64,000 nt of DNA. Source: Methanomassiliicoccales archaeon (GTDB lineage Archaea; Thermoplasmatota; Thermoplasmata; Methanomassiliicoccales; JACIVX01). The stretch covers positions 71,168 through 135,167 of the forward strand of contig JARYLV010000003.1 of assembly GCA_029907465.1 (NCBI GenBank), given 5' to 3'. Below the pieces are notes generated by a model that saw only the letters and a program-made list of their open reading frames with translations, had not been told where the DNA came from and did not search any database. Of the stretch, positions 36,380 through 46,626 are shown one piece after another (position 1 is the stretch's first letter; every line of letters starts with the position of its first letter). Made by a program: the position numbers and the translations under genes.

Positions 36380-37456
36380 TTAGCATAGCCCTTGGACGTC
36401 TTTCTCGAGCGACTCAACGATGCGTTGCGCGACGTTCCTATCACCATAATTCGTTATTCTCGATGTCTTAGGTTTCGCACTGTGGATTGCGTGGAGAATT
36501 TTCTCTTCGTCAGCACCAACGAGCACGTTCCAACCATCTCTCACCGTCTCGACCCATTCGGTTTCTTCCCTTACGGTGATGCATGGGACGCCGAAATAGT
36601 ATGCTTCTTTTTGAACGCCACCAGAATCAGTGACAACTTTCCTCGCATATTTCTCAAGGGATGTGAACGTGATGAAATTCAGCGGGGGCAAAATCTTTAC
36701 ATTTCCAGATGATGCAATCAAATCTTCCAGGCCCCATAACCGAATATTCTTTGCTGTTCGCGGATGGAGCGGCAACAAAACCTTCATTCCACATTTCGAA
36801 AGCGCTCTGAGGATCGCCACAAGCCTCTCTTTCACATCCGCATTTTCCTGCCGGTGTATCGTTGCGAGAATGTAATCGTTCTCGGTGACTCCAAAGTTCT
36901 GAAGGAATGACTTCGAGAGTTTTTGTTCAACGTCCATTAAGCATTGGATCATCGTATCTCCAACGACATGAACCCTTTCGACTATGCCTTCTCGAGCAAG
37001 ATTCTGTGCGGCAGTATCACTTGGACATAAAAATATTGAAGAGATGTGGTCGGTGACAACCCTGTTAACTTCCTCAGGCATCTTCATATTGAAAGATCGC
37101 AAACCCGCCTCCACATGTGCGACTGGAATCAATAGTTTCGCTGAGGCGAGGGCACCAGCAAGTGTTGAATTTGTGTCACCGTAAACGATCACGAGTTCCG
37201 GTTTCTCCTTGAGGAGGACATCCTCGATCGCCATGAGCATTCTTCCAGTTTGGTTGGCGTGACTTCCTGAGCCGATCCCTAGATGGTAATCAGGATCGGG
37301 GATGTTGAGTTCCTCAAAGAAGACTTTGCTCATCTCGTAATCATAATGCTGCCCAGTATGGATCAGGAGATGTTCGTGCCTTTTCGAGATTTCGTCTTTA
37401 AGCGGTGCAATCTTGATGAATTGAGGTCGCGCACCAATGATCGAGGCGATCTTCAT
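36380..37456 (-). CDS. wecB: UDP-N-acetylglucosamine 2-epimerase (non-hydrolysing), WecB/WbpI-like
   Basis: The N-terminus is IIGARPQFIKIAP, followed by HTGQHYDYEMS, and then YGDTNSTLAGA and HVEAGLRS. Confidence 0.85.
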   Translation of the reverse strand: MKIASIIGARPQFIKIAPLKDEISKRHEHLLIHTGQHYDYEMSKVFFEELNIPDPDYHLGIGSGSHANQTGRMLMAIEDVLLKEKPELVIVYGDTNSTLAGALASAKLLIPVAHVEAGLRSFNMKMPEEVNRVVTDHISSIFLCPSDTAAQNLAREGIVERVHVVGDTMIQCLMDVEQKLSKSFLQNFGVTENDYILATIHRQENADVKERLVAILRALSKCGMKVLLPLHPRTAKNIRLWGLEDLIASSGNVKILPPLNFITFTSLEKYARKVVTDSGGVQKEAYYFGVPCITVREETEWVETVRDGWNVLVGADEEKILHAIHSAKPKTSRITNYGDRNVAQRIVESLEKDVQGLC

Positions 37457-37523
37457 TATTGGTAAGAATGAGCGTCATCATAATACATTTTTCCGACATC
37501 GAGCGCTCAAACGCGATCATTCG

Positions 37524-39131
37524 TTAGAAGATCATGTATTCCTTTGGTTTTAGCTTACTCAATGCTATATACCTGACCTCGTGGAACTCCCCAAGCTTCT
37601 TGACCTCATTGAGGACCTCCGATGGAACTGGATCATCGACAGTGAGTAACATGAGTGCCCGACCTCCCCTGCTCTCGCGCCCGACACCCATCCTCGCAAT
37701 ATTGATTCCCCTGCTGCCAAGAATTGTACCAACCTTACCAATTACACCAGGAACATCGTTATGCGTAGTCATGAGGAAATCGCCCTCTAGCGGTAGGTCA
37801 ACGTCGAATGAGTCGATGCCCAGGAGCCGCGGTTCATTTGCTGGGAAAGCAGTACCACGCACTTCCCGTTTGATCCCGTCCGAATGAATCCTTACGTTGA
37901 TCGTGTTGAAATACTGAGACGTCTCTTCCACTCTCGACTCGATGACCTGGATACCTTTTTCTTTTGCAATCACCTGGGCGTTAATAATATTCGTGTTTTC
38001 ACCCGTGATGTTCGATAGAACACCGATTAACGCAGAAATTGTCAACATTTTCGTATCAAGTGTTGCGAGCTCACCAGAATACGAGACTTCGATTCTCCTT
38101 ATTGGCCCGTCGACGAGCTGAAATGCGAATGCACCGAGCTTTTCCGCTACAGAGATGAATGGAATAATTTTCTGCTCTATCCGACCAATTGGTGCGTTGA
38201 CAGCATTCGTGATCTTATGTTCAGTCAAAAAGAGCTTCACATGCTCTGCCATTTCAAGTGAAACTCTTTCTTGAGCTTCCCTCGTTGACGCACCGAGATG
38301 CGGTGTCGTGACGATATTGGGTAGTTCAAGGAGTTTTGAACCGATCGGTGGCTCCTTTTCGAAAACATCAAGCGCCGCACCAGCGATCCTCCTCGTTTTC
38401 AGCGCCTCATAAAGGGCTTCTTCATCGACAATGCCCCCTCTTGCACAGTTGACAAGCAGTGCCGTTGGCTTCATGAGATTGATCTGATCCTTGCCGATCA
38501 GATGATATGTTGATGGGGTCAACGGTGCGTGGATCGTGACGATATCAGCCTCTTCAAGCGCCTTCTCGAGCGGCAATAGCCGAACGCCAACTTTTACTGC
38601 AGTTTCAGGCGAGATAAAGGGATCGTATCCGACTAACCTCATCTGAAATGCTTTGGCGCGCTTTGCCACCTCTGCGCCGACCCGACCAATACCGATAATC
38701 GCCAAAGTCTTTCCACTAAGTTCAATGCCTGTAAACTTACCCCTCTCCCATTTTCCGCTCTTTAATGAGGCGTCAGCCCACACAATATTCCTCGCCAGCG
38801 CCAGAATCATTGCCATTGTATGCTCAGCCGCCGAGATGATGTTGGCTGATGGGGTATTCATGACTAGAATGCCTTTCATTGTCGCATACTCGACGTCGAC
38901 ATTATCGACGCCGACGCCCGCACGACCAATGACTTTGAGATTCTTGCCAGCATCGATTACATCCCTCGTGATCTTCGTGCCGCTTCTGATAATAATCCCA
39001 TCATACTCATGTATGATCTTCATGAGTTCCTCGTGGCTAATATTCGGCCTAATATCAACCTCAACACTCGAGTCTCGGCGCAGTATTTCAAGCCCTTCCT
39101 TTGAAATCTCATCAGTAACGAGTATCTTCAT
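37524..39131 (-). CDS. serA: D-3-phosphoglycerate dehydrogenase (long form with ACT domain)
   Basis: The NAD-binding motif is GIGRVGAEVA and the catalytic region is NCARGGIVDE…TPHLGAST. There is a C-terminal ACT-like domain. The protein is 535 aa. Confidence 0.9.
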   Translation of the reverse strand: MKILVTDEISKEGLEILRRDSSVEVDIRPNISHEELMKIIHEYDGIIIRSGTKITRDVIDAGKNLKVIGRAGVGVDNVDVEYATMKGILVMNTPSANIISAAEHTMAMILALARNIVWADASLKSGKWERGKFTGIELSGKTLAIIGIGRVGAEVAKRAKAFQMRLVGYDPFISPETAVKVGVRLLPLEKALEEADIVTIHAPLTPSTYHLIGKDQINLMKPTALLVNCARGGIVDEEALYEALKTRRIAGAALDVFEKEPPIGSKLLELPNIVTTPHLGASTREAQERVSLEMAEHVKLFLTEHKITNAVNAPIGRIEQKIIPFISVAEKLGAFAFQLVDGPIRRIEVSYSGELATLDTKMLTISALIGVLSNITGENTNIINAQVIAKEKGIQVIESRVEETSQYFNTINVRIHSDGIKREVRGTAFPANEPRLLGIDSFDVDLPLEGDFLMTTHNDVPGVIGKVGTILGSRGINIARMGVGRESRGGRALMLLTVDDPVPSEVLNEVKKLGEFHEVRYIALSKLKPKEYMIF

Positions 39132-40198
39132 TATGACGCCTCCAGTACCTCGTCCATCGCTCTCAGGAGTTCCTCAATTTCTTTCACAGTGAGGTCGCCC
39201 ATGTGTCCGATCCGGAAGGTCAAATCTTTGATTCTCCCATAACCAGGCGAAATCTCGTAGCCTTTCTTTTTAAGCTCCTCCTGCAATTGATCGAAACTTA
39301 CACTTCCTCTTGAAATCACAGTGATAGTGTCAGACCTGTATCCCTCCTCGGCGAAAAGAGAGAGTCTCTTAGCGGCCCAAGATCTTACAGCATCTGCCAT
39401 CGCCTTGTGCCTCGCATACCTTTGTCTCATCCCTTCCCTCAAAATCCTTTCAAGCTGGAAATCCAGAGCGTACATTAGAGAAATCGGTGGAGTCGTAACG
39501 GGCAAATTCTTGTCAGCGAACTTCTTCATTTCCAGTAAATCGAAATAATATCCCCTGTTCTCCACGCTTTTTGCTTTTTCTAATAACCTTTCGCTCACGC
39601 AGATTATGGCGAGACCGGGCGGGAGTGCGAGTGCTTTCTGTGTCCCGAACACGACTGCATCTGCCTCCAGAGATCTCAATTTTAGATCGATGGCGAATGC
39701 AGCGGTCACCGCATCGATAAAAATGAGAGGATCGCATTTTGAACGTATAGCATTGATGACTTCATCAAGTGGATTGAAAACACCAGTTGAGCTTTCATTA
39801 GCAACGATAGTAACCGCCTCGACGTCCTCCTGCAGGGTATCTATCACATAATCGCCCCTAATCGCTTTACCCCAAGGTACCTCAATGCCTTGCACCGTTT
39901 TTCCATTCAAAACGCCGATCGATTGCCAGCGCTCCCCAAAGGCACCGTTTGATATACCGGCCATCTTCTTCCTGACACCGCACCTCACGCACGATTCGAG
40001 AAGACCAGTCGATGACGATGGAGCTATTAGAATATCCATGTCCACTTCGAGCGCTTTGCGGATCTTCTCAACGATGCTTTCCTGAAGATGCTCGTATTCC
40101 TTACCCCGGTGCACAATCATCGGCTTTGTCATCGCCTCCAGGACTTCCCGCCGGACCTCGACAGGGCCTACAGTAAATAATTTGCGATACATGGACAC
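39131..40198 (-). CDS. Class V aminotransferase (archaeal phosphoserine / serine-glyoxylate aminotransferase type)
   Basis: The PLP-binding Lys lies in FGTQKALALPPG. The stop overlaps the serA start (TAATG), suggesting a serine-pathway operon. Confidence 0.7.
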   Translation of the reverse strand: MSMYRKLFTVGPVEVRREVLEAMTKPMIVHRGKEYEHLQESIVEKIRKALEVDMDILIAPSSSTGLLESCVRCGVRKKMAGISNGAFGERWQSIGVLNGKTVQGIEVPWGKAIRGDYVIDTLQEDVEAVTIVANESSTGVFNPLDEVINAIRSKCDPLIFIDAVTAAFAIDLKLRSLEADAVVFGTQKALALPPGLAIICVSERLLEKAKSVENRGYYFDLLEMKKFADKNLPVTTPPISLMYALDFQLERILREGMRQRYARHKAMADAVRSWAAKRLSLFAEEGYRSDTITVISRGSVSFDQLQEELKKKGYEISPGYGRIKDLTFRIGHMGDLTVKEIEELLRAMDEVLEAS

Positions 40199-40676
40199 CC
40201 CCCAGAATTCACCGCACGACGCTCAGGATCGCGCGGGGAAAGCGGAGGGCATCCGTGATGCTCCTCCACATCCACATCCAGATCCAGAGCTGATCGGCCA
40301 GCATCCACATGAATTCATTCGAATACTCAAAATACTCATGCCTGGCATACCTCTGCTACGCGCTACCGAGGTCAAATCAATTACTGAGATGCCAAGCATG
40401 TCACTATGTAACATTGTGATGCCTGTATCACAAATGTACCGATATAAAACTTACTGCAAGGAATTGATCAATTATTAAAAACGCTCACGAACGGAGAGCC
40501 GTTGATCGTTCTAAATGAGAAAGACAAAGTTTAATCACAAATTGGATTAATTGAACCTAATGCGAAAAGTGAGATCGACCAAGGAATTGGACGAACGTAC
40601 TTGCTCTGAGAGTAGGATTACATTGACCAGCAATTGTAGAAGGTTATTATAGATGCTGAGTGAATTCGGAAGCTAG

Positions 40677-41975
40677 ATGATCTCAAGAAGGATTTGCGTC
40701 GTTGGATTAGGCTACGTTGGTCTGCCATTGGCGTGCTTGTTTGCTGATAAAGGTTACGAAACAGTGGGATTGGAAAGAGATAAAAAGAAAGTAGAAACGA
40801 TTAACCAAGGCATTTGTCCATTGAGAGGGAAAGAACCTGGTTTAAAGGAGATTCTTCTAAATGTTGTCAATAGTGGAAAACTGATCGCAACATCAGACCC
40901 AGAAATCTGCTCAAAGGCCGATGCTATCTTCATATGCGTTGATGTCCCAATAGACGAATCTCAACGACCGGTTTTGACATTTCTCGAAAGTGCAGTGATG
41001 GAAGTAGGGAAGAGGCTGAGGAGAGGTACGTTAGTCGTAGTTGAATCAACGCTTCCTCCTGGAACGATGAATAATTTCGTAATTCCGCGCCTAGAAAGCA
41101 TTTCTGGATTACAGGCGGATAAAGATTTTTTCATCGCCTATTCCCCAGAAAGAATTCTGCCTGGGAATGTTATAGAAAGCCTGAAAAGAAATGCAAGGAT
41201 CATCGGCTTCCGGAATGAAAGGTCGCTCTCGCTCGCTCGTGACATCTATTCAACCATCGTCGAAGCCCCAATTTATCAGACAGACATGATAACGGCTGAA
41301 ATAGTCAAGACCGTCGAGAACGCCTACAGAGACGTCCAGATAGCATTCGCAAATGAGGTCGCACTGGCCTGTGAAGATCTCGGAGTGGATGTTTTTGAAG
41401 TAAGGAGGCTTGTCAATACCTCACCTTTCAGGGATATGCACTTGCCCGGGTCGGGTGTCGGTGGCCACTGCTTGACCAAGGATCCGTGGTTATTCGCGAG
41501 TTCGATCACCGGTCGATCGCTTCCTTTGATTTCGACTGCGAGAGCGATCAACGATTCGATGCCTGAACATCTCGCTGCGCTGGCGATGGAGGCACTCTGT
41601 GAGGCTGGGATAGATAAGTCGAAACCGAAAGTATCGGTATTCGGTCTCGCTTTCAGAAAAGACATCGGGGACACGAGAAACTCTCCCGCGCTCGCTGTAA
41701 TCGACATACTGCGCAAAGATACAAGAATCATTGTCCACGATCCTTATGCAGAGCCGCCGACTGACATAGATTTTACAAGAGACATCAAAGAGGCCTTGAG
41801 GGGTTCAGACTGTGCCATCTTTGTCACAGATCACAGCGAATATAATACGATTGATCTTCAAGAATTGGCACGACTCATGCGGACGAGAATTATCGTGGAT
41901 GGACGCAATCTTTTCGACGCCAGAAAGTGTAGAGAGGAAGGTTTCATCTATCGAGGAATCGGCAAGGGCCGTTGA
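40677..41975 (+). CDS. UDP-N-acetyl-hexosamine 6-dehydrogenase (WecC/WbpA-like nucleotide-sugar dehydrogenase)
   Basis: The N-terminal motif is ICVVGLGYVGLPLA and the catalytic Cys lies in GVGGHCLTKD. The protein is 432 aa. Confidence 0.85.
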   Translation: MISRRICVVGLGYVGLPLACLFADKGYETVGLERDKKKVETINQGICPLRGKEPGLKEILLNVVNSGKLIATSDPEICSKADAIFICVDVPIDESQRPVLTFLESAVMEVGKRLRRGTLVVVESTLPPGTMNNFVIPRLESISGLQADKDFFIAYSPERILPGNVIESLKRNARIIGFRNERSLSLARDIYSTIVEAPIYQTDMITAEIVKTVENAYRDVQIAFANEVALACEDLGVDVFEVRRLVNTSPFRDMHLPGSGVGGHCLTKDPWLFASSITGRSLPLISTARAINDSMPEHLAALAMEALCEAGIDKSKPKVSVFGLAFRKDIGDTRNSPALAVIDILRKDTRIIVHDPYAEPPTDIDFTRDIKEALRGSDCAIFVTDHSEYNTIDLQELARLMRTRIIVDGRNLFDARKCREEGFIYRGIGKGR

Positions 41976-43004
41976 TCAGCAGATCGATTCGACAATCCCG
42001 ATCGCCACATCAATGTCTTCTTCTGTAATCCCATAATGAGTAACGAACCGCACAGTGGTTCCTCCGAAATCAGTGACAAGCAGCCCCTTTTCCCTCGCTT
42101 TCAGGACGAATTCCGTGGATCTCATGTTCAAAGACGAGACATCTAGTAGCACGATATTCGTCTGAACCCTTTTCATGTCGACCTTCAATGACCCGATTTG
42201 ATTAAGACCTCTCGCCAATTTTTTCGCGTTGTCATGATCTTCTTTCAATCGGTCAACCATCTTCGTCAGGGCGATAATGCCCGGTGCGGCGATTACACCA
42301 GCTTGCCGCATCCCCCCGCCGAGCATTTTCCTCACTTTCCTTGCCTTCTCAATGAACTCCTTGTTCCCCACAAGTACGGACCCAACCGGCGCACAGAGAC
42401 CCTTCGATAGACAGAAACTGATGCTGTCAACATGTCTAGCATACTCCCTCACATCAACACCTAAAGCAATGGCGGCATTAAAGATCCGGGCGCCGTCGAT
42501 ATGCACTTTCATTCCGAAATCATGTGCTACTCTGGCAACCCCTCTTACCTCATCGGGTCTCCATACTGTTCCACCTGCCCTGTTATGCGTGTTCTCGATC
42601 TCAACAAGCGTCGAGGGTGGAAAATGCAGATCATTTCCCCGTAAAGCAGCTTGAACGTCTTCGCCAGTGAACACCCCATACTTTCCTCTGATTAAACGAG
42701 GAATAACGCCGGCAATCGCCGACATTCCGCCGACTTCATAATAGTAGATATGCGCTTCGGATTCAACAAGCATTTCGTCACCGCGATGGCAGTGAGTCAT
42801 CACTGCGATAAGGTTACTTTGCGTGCCGGTCGGCGTCAACAACGCCGCCTCTGTGCCAAATCTCTCAGCTGCAAGCTGCTCCAATCTGTTGACGGTTGGA
42901 TCTTCCCCCGCAACGTCGTCGCCTAACTCGGCATCGAGAATGCTCAGAAGCATTTCCTTTGTGGGAAGTGTCACAGTGTCGCTTCGCAAATCGATGATTC
43001 GCAT
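41976..43004 (-). CDS. ltaE: Low-specificity L-threonine aldolase
   Basis: The motif IDLRSDTVTLPT lies at the N-terminus when the start is set to ATG 43004. The PLP-binding Lys lies in FCLSKGLCAP. Confidence 0.8.
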   Translation of the reverse strand: MRIIDLRSDTVTLPTKEMLLSILDAELGDDVAGEDPTVNRLEQLAAERFGTEAALLTPTGTQSNLIAVMTHCHRGDEMLVESEAHIYYYEVGGMSAIAGVIPRLIRGKYGVFTGEDVQAALRGNDLHFPPSTLVEIENTHNRAGGTVWRPDEVRGVARVAHDFGMKVHIDGARIFNAAIALGVDVREYARHVDSISFCLSKGLCAPVGSVLVGNKEFIEKARKVRKMLGGGMRQAGVIAAPGIIALTKMVDRLKEDHDNAKKLARGLNQIGSLKVDMKRVQTNIVLLDVSSLNMRSTEFVLKAREKGLLVTDFGGTTVRFVTHYGITEEDIDVAIGIVESIC

Positions 43005-43083
43005 ACTCTCACAACCCCAAGTACGATAAGTGCGTAAAGAAATCTTTCGGACGAATGTGTAACTTGATGACCATTTAGGTCCT

Positions 43084-44064
43084 TTAATGTGCAATCTCGA
43101 TCTTTCTCTTTTCCCGGACAGATTGGATTGCAGCCTCGCATACCTTTAGATCCATAATTGCGTCTTCTGCTCTTACCGCCGGTTTCCCTGAAGACCTTAC
43201 CGCTGCGAGAAAATCTTGGAGTTCCCTCTTTAGCGGCTCTTCCTTTTTTAATGAGATACGGCGCACATCGAATTCCAATGGCACTTGGAACAAATTACCT
43301 GGATCGATTTCCTTGATTTCTGATGACGATACTTCGAGCACCTGATCGATGTAATCGAGTTGAACGTACCCTTTACTGCAGGTCATCGATACTTTTCTCA
43401 CCTTCATAGGTGTAAGCCAGTTTGTTTCAACATGACCCGTCACGCCGCATTCGAGCTCGAGCAGGAGATTCACGTAATCCTCGAATTTATCATTTGCGAA
43501 TTTACCCCCCATGCCAAAAACTTCACTGATTTCAGAGGAGGTGATATACCTGATCACGTCGATGTCGTGGATTGCCAGATCCATGATCACACCCACATCC
43601 CTTATTCGTGATGGAAATGAGGAAACCCTCCTCGAAGATATCGATATGAGCTTTCCAAATCTGCCGACTTCAAGTGCCTCCTTAGCCGCAGAAACAACGG
43701 GGTTAAATCTTTCAACGAATCCGCCTGCAAGGACGATACTCTGTTTTTCGGCCTCATTCGCCAGCAAGCTCGCTTTTTTTGAGTCACCTGTGAACGGTTT
43801 TTCCAATAAGACCGACTTACCCGCTTTTATTGCCATGAGTGCGAGATGAAAGTGTTCGGCCGTTGGTGCGCAGATACTCAATGCCTCGGCCCTGCGGATC
43901 AGATCGTCTATTTTCTCAAACGCCTGGGTTCCAAAGCGACGCGCGACAGCGCGTGAATGCTCGGTATCGACGTCGTAGATCCCTACAAGTTCTGAAATTT
44001 CCGAATAGATTCTCGCGTGATTCTGACCCATGTATCCGACGCCGATAACCCCTGTCCGAATCAT
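43084..44064 (-). CDS. Gfo/Idh/MocA-family oxidoreductase (second copy)
   Basis: The N-terminus is IRTGVIGVGYMGQNHA, followed by VLLEKPF. Confidence 0.75.
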   Translation of the reverse strand: MIRTGVIGVGYMGQNHARIYSEISELVGIYDVDTEHSRAVARRFGTQAFEKIDDLIRRAEALSICAPTAEHFHLALMAIKAGKSVLLEKPFTGDSKKASLLANEAEKQSIVLAGGFVERFNPVVSAAKEALEVGRFGKLISISSRRVSSFPSRIRDVGVIMDLAIHDIDVIRYITSSEISEVFGMGGKFANDKFEDYVNLLLELECGVTGHVETNWLTPMKVRKVSMTCSKGYVQLDYIDQVLEVSSSEIKEIDPGNLFQVPLEFDVRRISLKKEEPLKRELQDFLAAVRSSGKPAVRAEDAIMDLKVCEAAIQSVREKRKIEIAH

Positions 44065-44157
44065 GCATCTTCGATCACATTATGCAGTATTAAATCCCAG
44101 CGATGTATGACTAGATATCAGACGATGCGCAAAAAATATATCAGAAATGAGTGGTAA

Positions 44158-44367
44158 GTGACCTCATTCGGTGATCAATTGAAAAGAAGACTCCTCGATA
44201 TTCTCGCCTGTCCAGTTTGCAAGCATCATCCGCTCGAGCTCCATGTAATTGAAGAGAATGAAAAGGAGATCGTGCAGGGGGTGCTACGATGTCCGAAGTG
44301 CCAAATAAACTATCAGATTGAAAATGGCATCCCGAATATGATCCCCCCAGAGAGGAACGGAGGATGA
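44158..44367 (+). CDS. trm112: Trm112-family methyltransferase activator
   Basis: LLDILACPVCKHHPL…LRCPKCQINYQIENGIPNMIP is a zinc-ribbon. The start may be TTG 44179 (MKRRLLDIL). Confidence 0.75.
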   Translation: MTSFGDQLKRRLLDILACPVCKHHPLELHVIEENEKEIVQGVLRCPKCQINYQIENGIPNMIPPERNGG

Positions 44368-44375
44368 AATATTAA

Positions 44376-45569
44376 TTAGAGCTTTTCCAGTGCTTCTTTG
44401 ATTCTTTTCATTCCCTCAATAATCGCGCCCCTGCTCGTTGCAAATGATAACCTGATATGTCCCTCACCCGAGGGGCCAAAGGCCGACCCAGGTGTAACAG
44501 CCACATGCGCTTTTTCCAAGAGGTAGGCCGCTAGTTCCTCGGATGACATCCTGAAATCATAAGACGGAAATGCATAGAAAGCTCCCTTGGGTTTCGGCGA
44601 GCTCAGTGAAGGGATTTCGTTCATCAACTCCCAGACAATATCTCTTCTTGCCCTAAACTCATCTACCATTTTCCTGACGGAATCTTGCGGCCCTTTCAAC
44701 GCCTCGAGCGCTGCAATTTGGACAAATGAAGTTGCGCATGTTAAGGAGTGGGTCTGCAATTTGTTGAGCTCCCTCATGATCTCAGTCGGCGCGACCACCC
44801 ACCCAATCCGCCACCCCGTCATTGCATAGGTCTTTGAGAACCCGTTGATCGTAATCGTTCGTTCGAACATACCATCAAACGATGCGATCGAGTAGTGCGT
44901 GCCCTCATATATGATCTTCTCATAGACCTCATCCGCCAGCACGATCAAATCGTGGTCCTTCGCCAAGTCGGCGATCCCCTTGAGATCTTCCAAGCTCTGG
45001 ACAGCGCCACAAGGATTCGACGGAGAGTTGACAAGGACCATCTTTGTCTTGTCCGTAATGAGTTCTGCCATTGCCTCTGGAGACATTCGGAAACCGTTTT
45101 CTGCTTCAAGAGGCAGAAACTTTGGAACACCGCCGGCAACCCTGACGCAGGCCTCAAATGTCCCCCAGGACGGATCAGGAAGTATGACCTCGTCACCGTC
45201 GTCGAGAATAGCCAACATGCTCAAAAAGATCGCTTGTTTTGATGGCGTAATTAAAACATGCTTCTCATCACATGGAATCCCATTTTCTTTCCTGCTTTTC
45301 TCGGCGACTGCTTTCCTCAATTCGGGAATTCCAGCTGAGGACGTGTAGTGCGTAAAATTCTCCTTAAGCGCCTTGATGCATGCATTGGTGATGTTTTCAG
45401 GCGTTGGAAAGTCAGGTTCACCCATCGAGAACGAAATAATATCAACGCCTTCCTGTTTGAGCTTACTCACAATATTTGATATCCTCACTGTGCCGGACTC
45501 TTCGACACGTTTGACACGCTGCGAAACCATCAAAGACCGCAACGAGGTCGAGCTTTTAGTTTTTTTCAC
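44376..45569 (-). CDS. Aspartate/aromatic aminotransferase (class I PLP)
   Basis: The PLP-binding Lys lies in NGFSKTYAMTGWRIGW, and NSPSNPCG is also present. The protein is 397 aa. Confidence 0.85.
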   Translation of the reverse strand: MKKTKSSTSLRSLMVSQRVKRVEESGTVRISNIVSKLKQEGVDIISFSMGEPDFPTPENITNACIKALKENFTHYTSSAGIPELRKAVAEKSRKENGIPCDEKHVLITPSKQAIFLSMLAILDDGDEVILPDPSWGTFEACVRVAGGVPKFLPLEAENGFRMSPEAMAELITDKTKMVLVNSPSNPCGAVQSLEDLKGIADLAKDHDLIVLADEVYEKIIYEGTHYSIASFDGMFERTITINGFSKTYAMTGWRIGWVVAPTEIMRELNKLQTHSLTCATSFVQIAALEALKGPQDSVRKMVDEFRARRDIVWELMNEIPSLSSPKPKGAFYAFPSYDFRMSSEELAAYLLEKAHVAVTPGSAFGPSGEGHIRLSFATSRGAIIEGMKRIKEALEKL

Positions 45570-45687
45570 ACCCGATCATTAACAATAGAGAGATGAATAC
45601 GATAGACAGAAAATTCAATACGCAATCCGGCATGCTTTAGGAAAACAATAAATAATGGCGCACAACTAAAGTGGATCGGTGAAGAAA

Positions 45688-46596
45688 ATGCCATTAGAAC
45701 TTGATCTGGCCAAACTCAGATGCGGGACCGAACTTCTCAAGAGAGGATTCGCAAAAATGCAGAAGGGTGGCGTTGTAATGGATGTTACAAACGCTGAGCA
45801 GGCCGGAATCGCAGAAGACGCTGGGGCAGTCGCAGTTATGGCACTCGAGCGGGTCCCTGCTGATATCAGGGCACAAGGAGGCGTCGCCCGCATGGCCGAT
45901 CCGAAGAAAATACTTGAGATCATGGACGCAGTTACAATTCCAGTCATGGCGAAATGCAGAATAGGTCATTTCGTCGAAGCACAGATACTCGAAGCCCTTG
46001 GGGTTGATATGATCGACGAATCGGAAGTGCTCACCCCTGCTGACCCGTTCTACCATGTTGATAAAAAGAAGTTTACTGTCCCCTTTGTCTGCGGGGCGAG
46101 GGACCTCGGGGAGGCACTCAGGCGCATCGACGAGGGCGCAGCGATGATCCGGACAAAGGGTGAAGCGGGTACAGGCAATGTGATTGAAGCGGTCAGACAC
46201 CAGAGGGTGATCATGGGGAAGATCAGAGAATTGAAAGGAAAAGAAGATGAAGAACTTATGACCGTTGCCAGGGAGATACAGGCGCCGTTTTATCTCGTTA
46301 AGGAAGTCGCAGAACTCCAGCGCCTTCCTGTCGTGAATTTCGCTGCCGGTGGTATCGCGACCCCTGCAGATGCAGCCCTGATGATGCAACTAGGATCAGA
46401 TGGTGTCTTCGTCGGGTCCGGTATTTTCAAGTCTGAAAACCCCGAGGAAAGGGCAAGGGCGATTGTTGAAGCGGTCACGCACTTTGACGACCCAGTAACA
46501 CTAGCAGAGATATCCAAAGGCCTCGGCGAGGCAATGAAGGGTATCGAAATTTCAGCAATAAGACCAGAACAAAGGTTGCAGGAGCGCGGGTGGTGA
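45688..46596 (+). CDS. pdxS: Pyridoxal 5'-phosphate synthase lyase subunit PdxS
   Basis: The motifs are [31 protein letters not shown], and [14 protein letters not shown] 45688 is preceded by GGTGA. The track start is GTG 45679. Confidence 0.93.
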   Translation: MPLELDLAKLRCGTELLKRGFAKMQKGGVVMDVTNAEQAGIAEDAGAVAVMALERVPADIRAQGGVARMADPKKILEIMDAVTIPVMAKCRIGHFVEAQILEALGVDMIDESEVLTPADPFYHVDKKKFTVPFVCGARDLGEALRRIDEGAAMIRTKGEAGTGNVIEAVRHQRVIMGKIRELKGKEDEELMTVAREIQAPFYLVKEVAELQRLPVVNFAAGGIATPADAALMMQLGSDGVFVGSGIFKSENPEERARAIVEAVTHFDDPVTLAEISKGLGEAMKGIEISAIRPEQRLQERGW

Positions 46597-46626
46597 GTCT
46601 AGAATAAATCAACCGGGATCGCAAGC

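Noticed and set aside
40267-40290. A tandem imperfect hexamer (CACATC CACATC CAGATC CAGAGC) lies in the 478-nt serC-like/wecC-like divergent spacer. Within it is an ORF (40182-40478) encoding an HP-rich peptide.
   Set aside because: The repeat is very short and degenerate. The ORF overlaps the start of the serC-like gene and has no ribosome-binding site or family resemblance. It might be a regulator-binding site, but nothing supports that from sequence alone.
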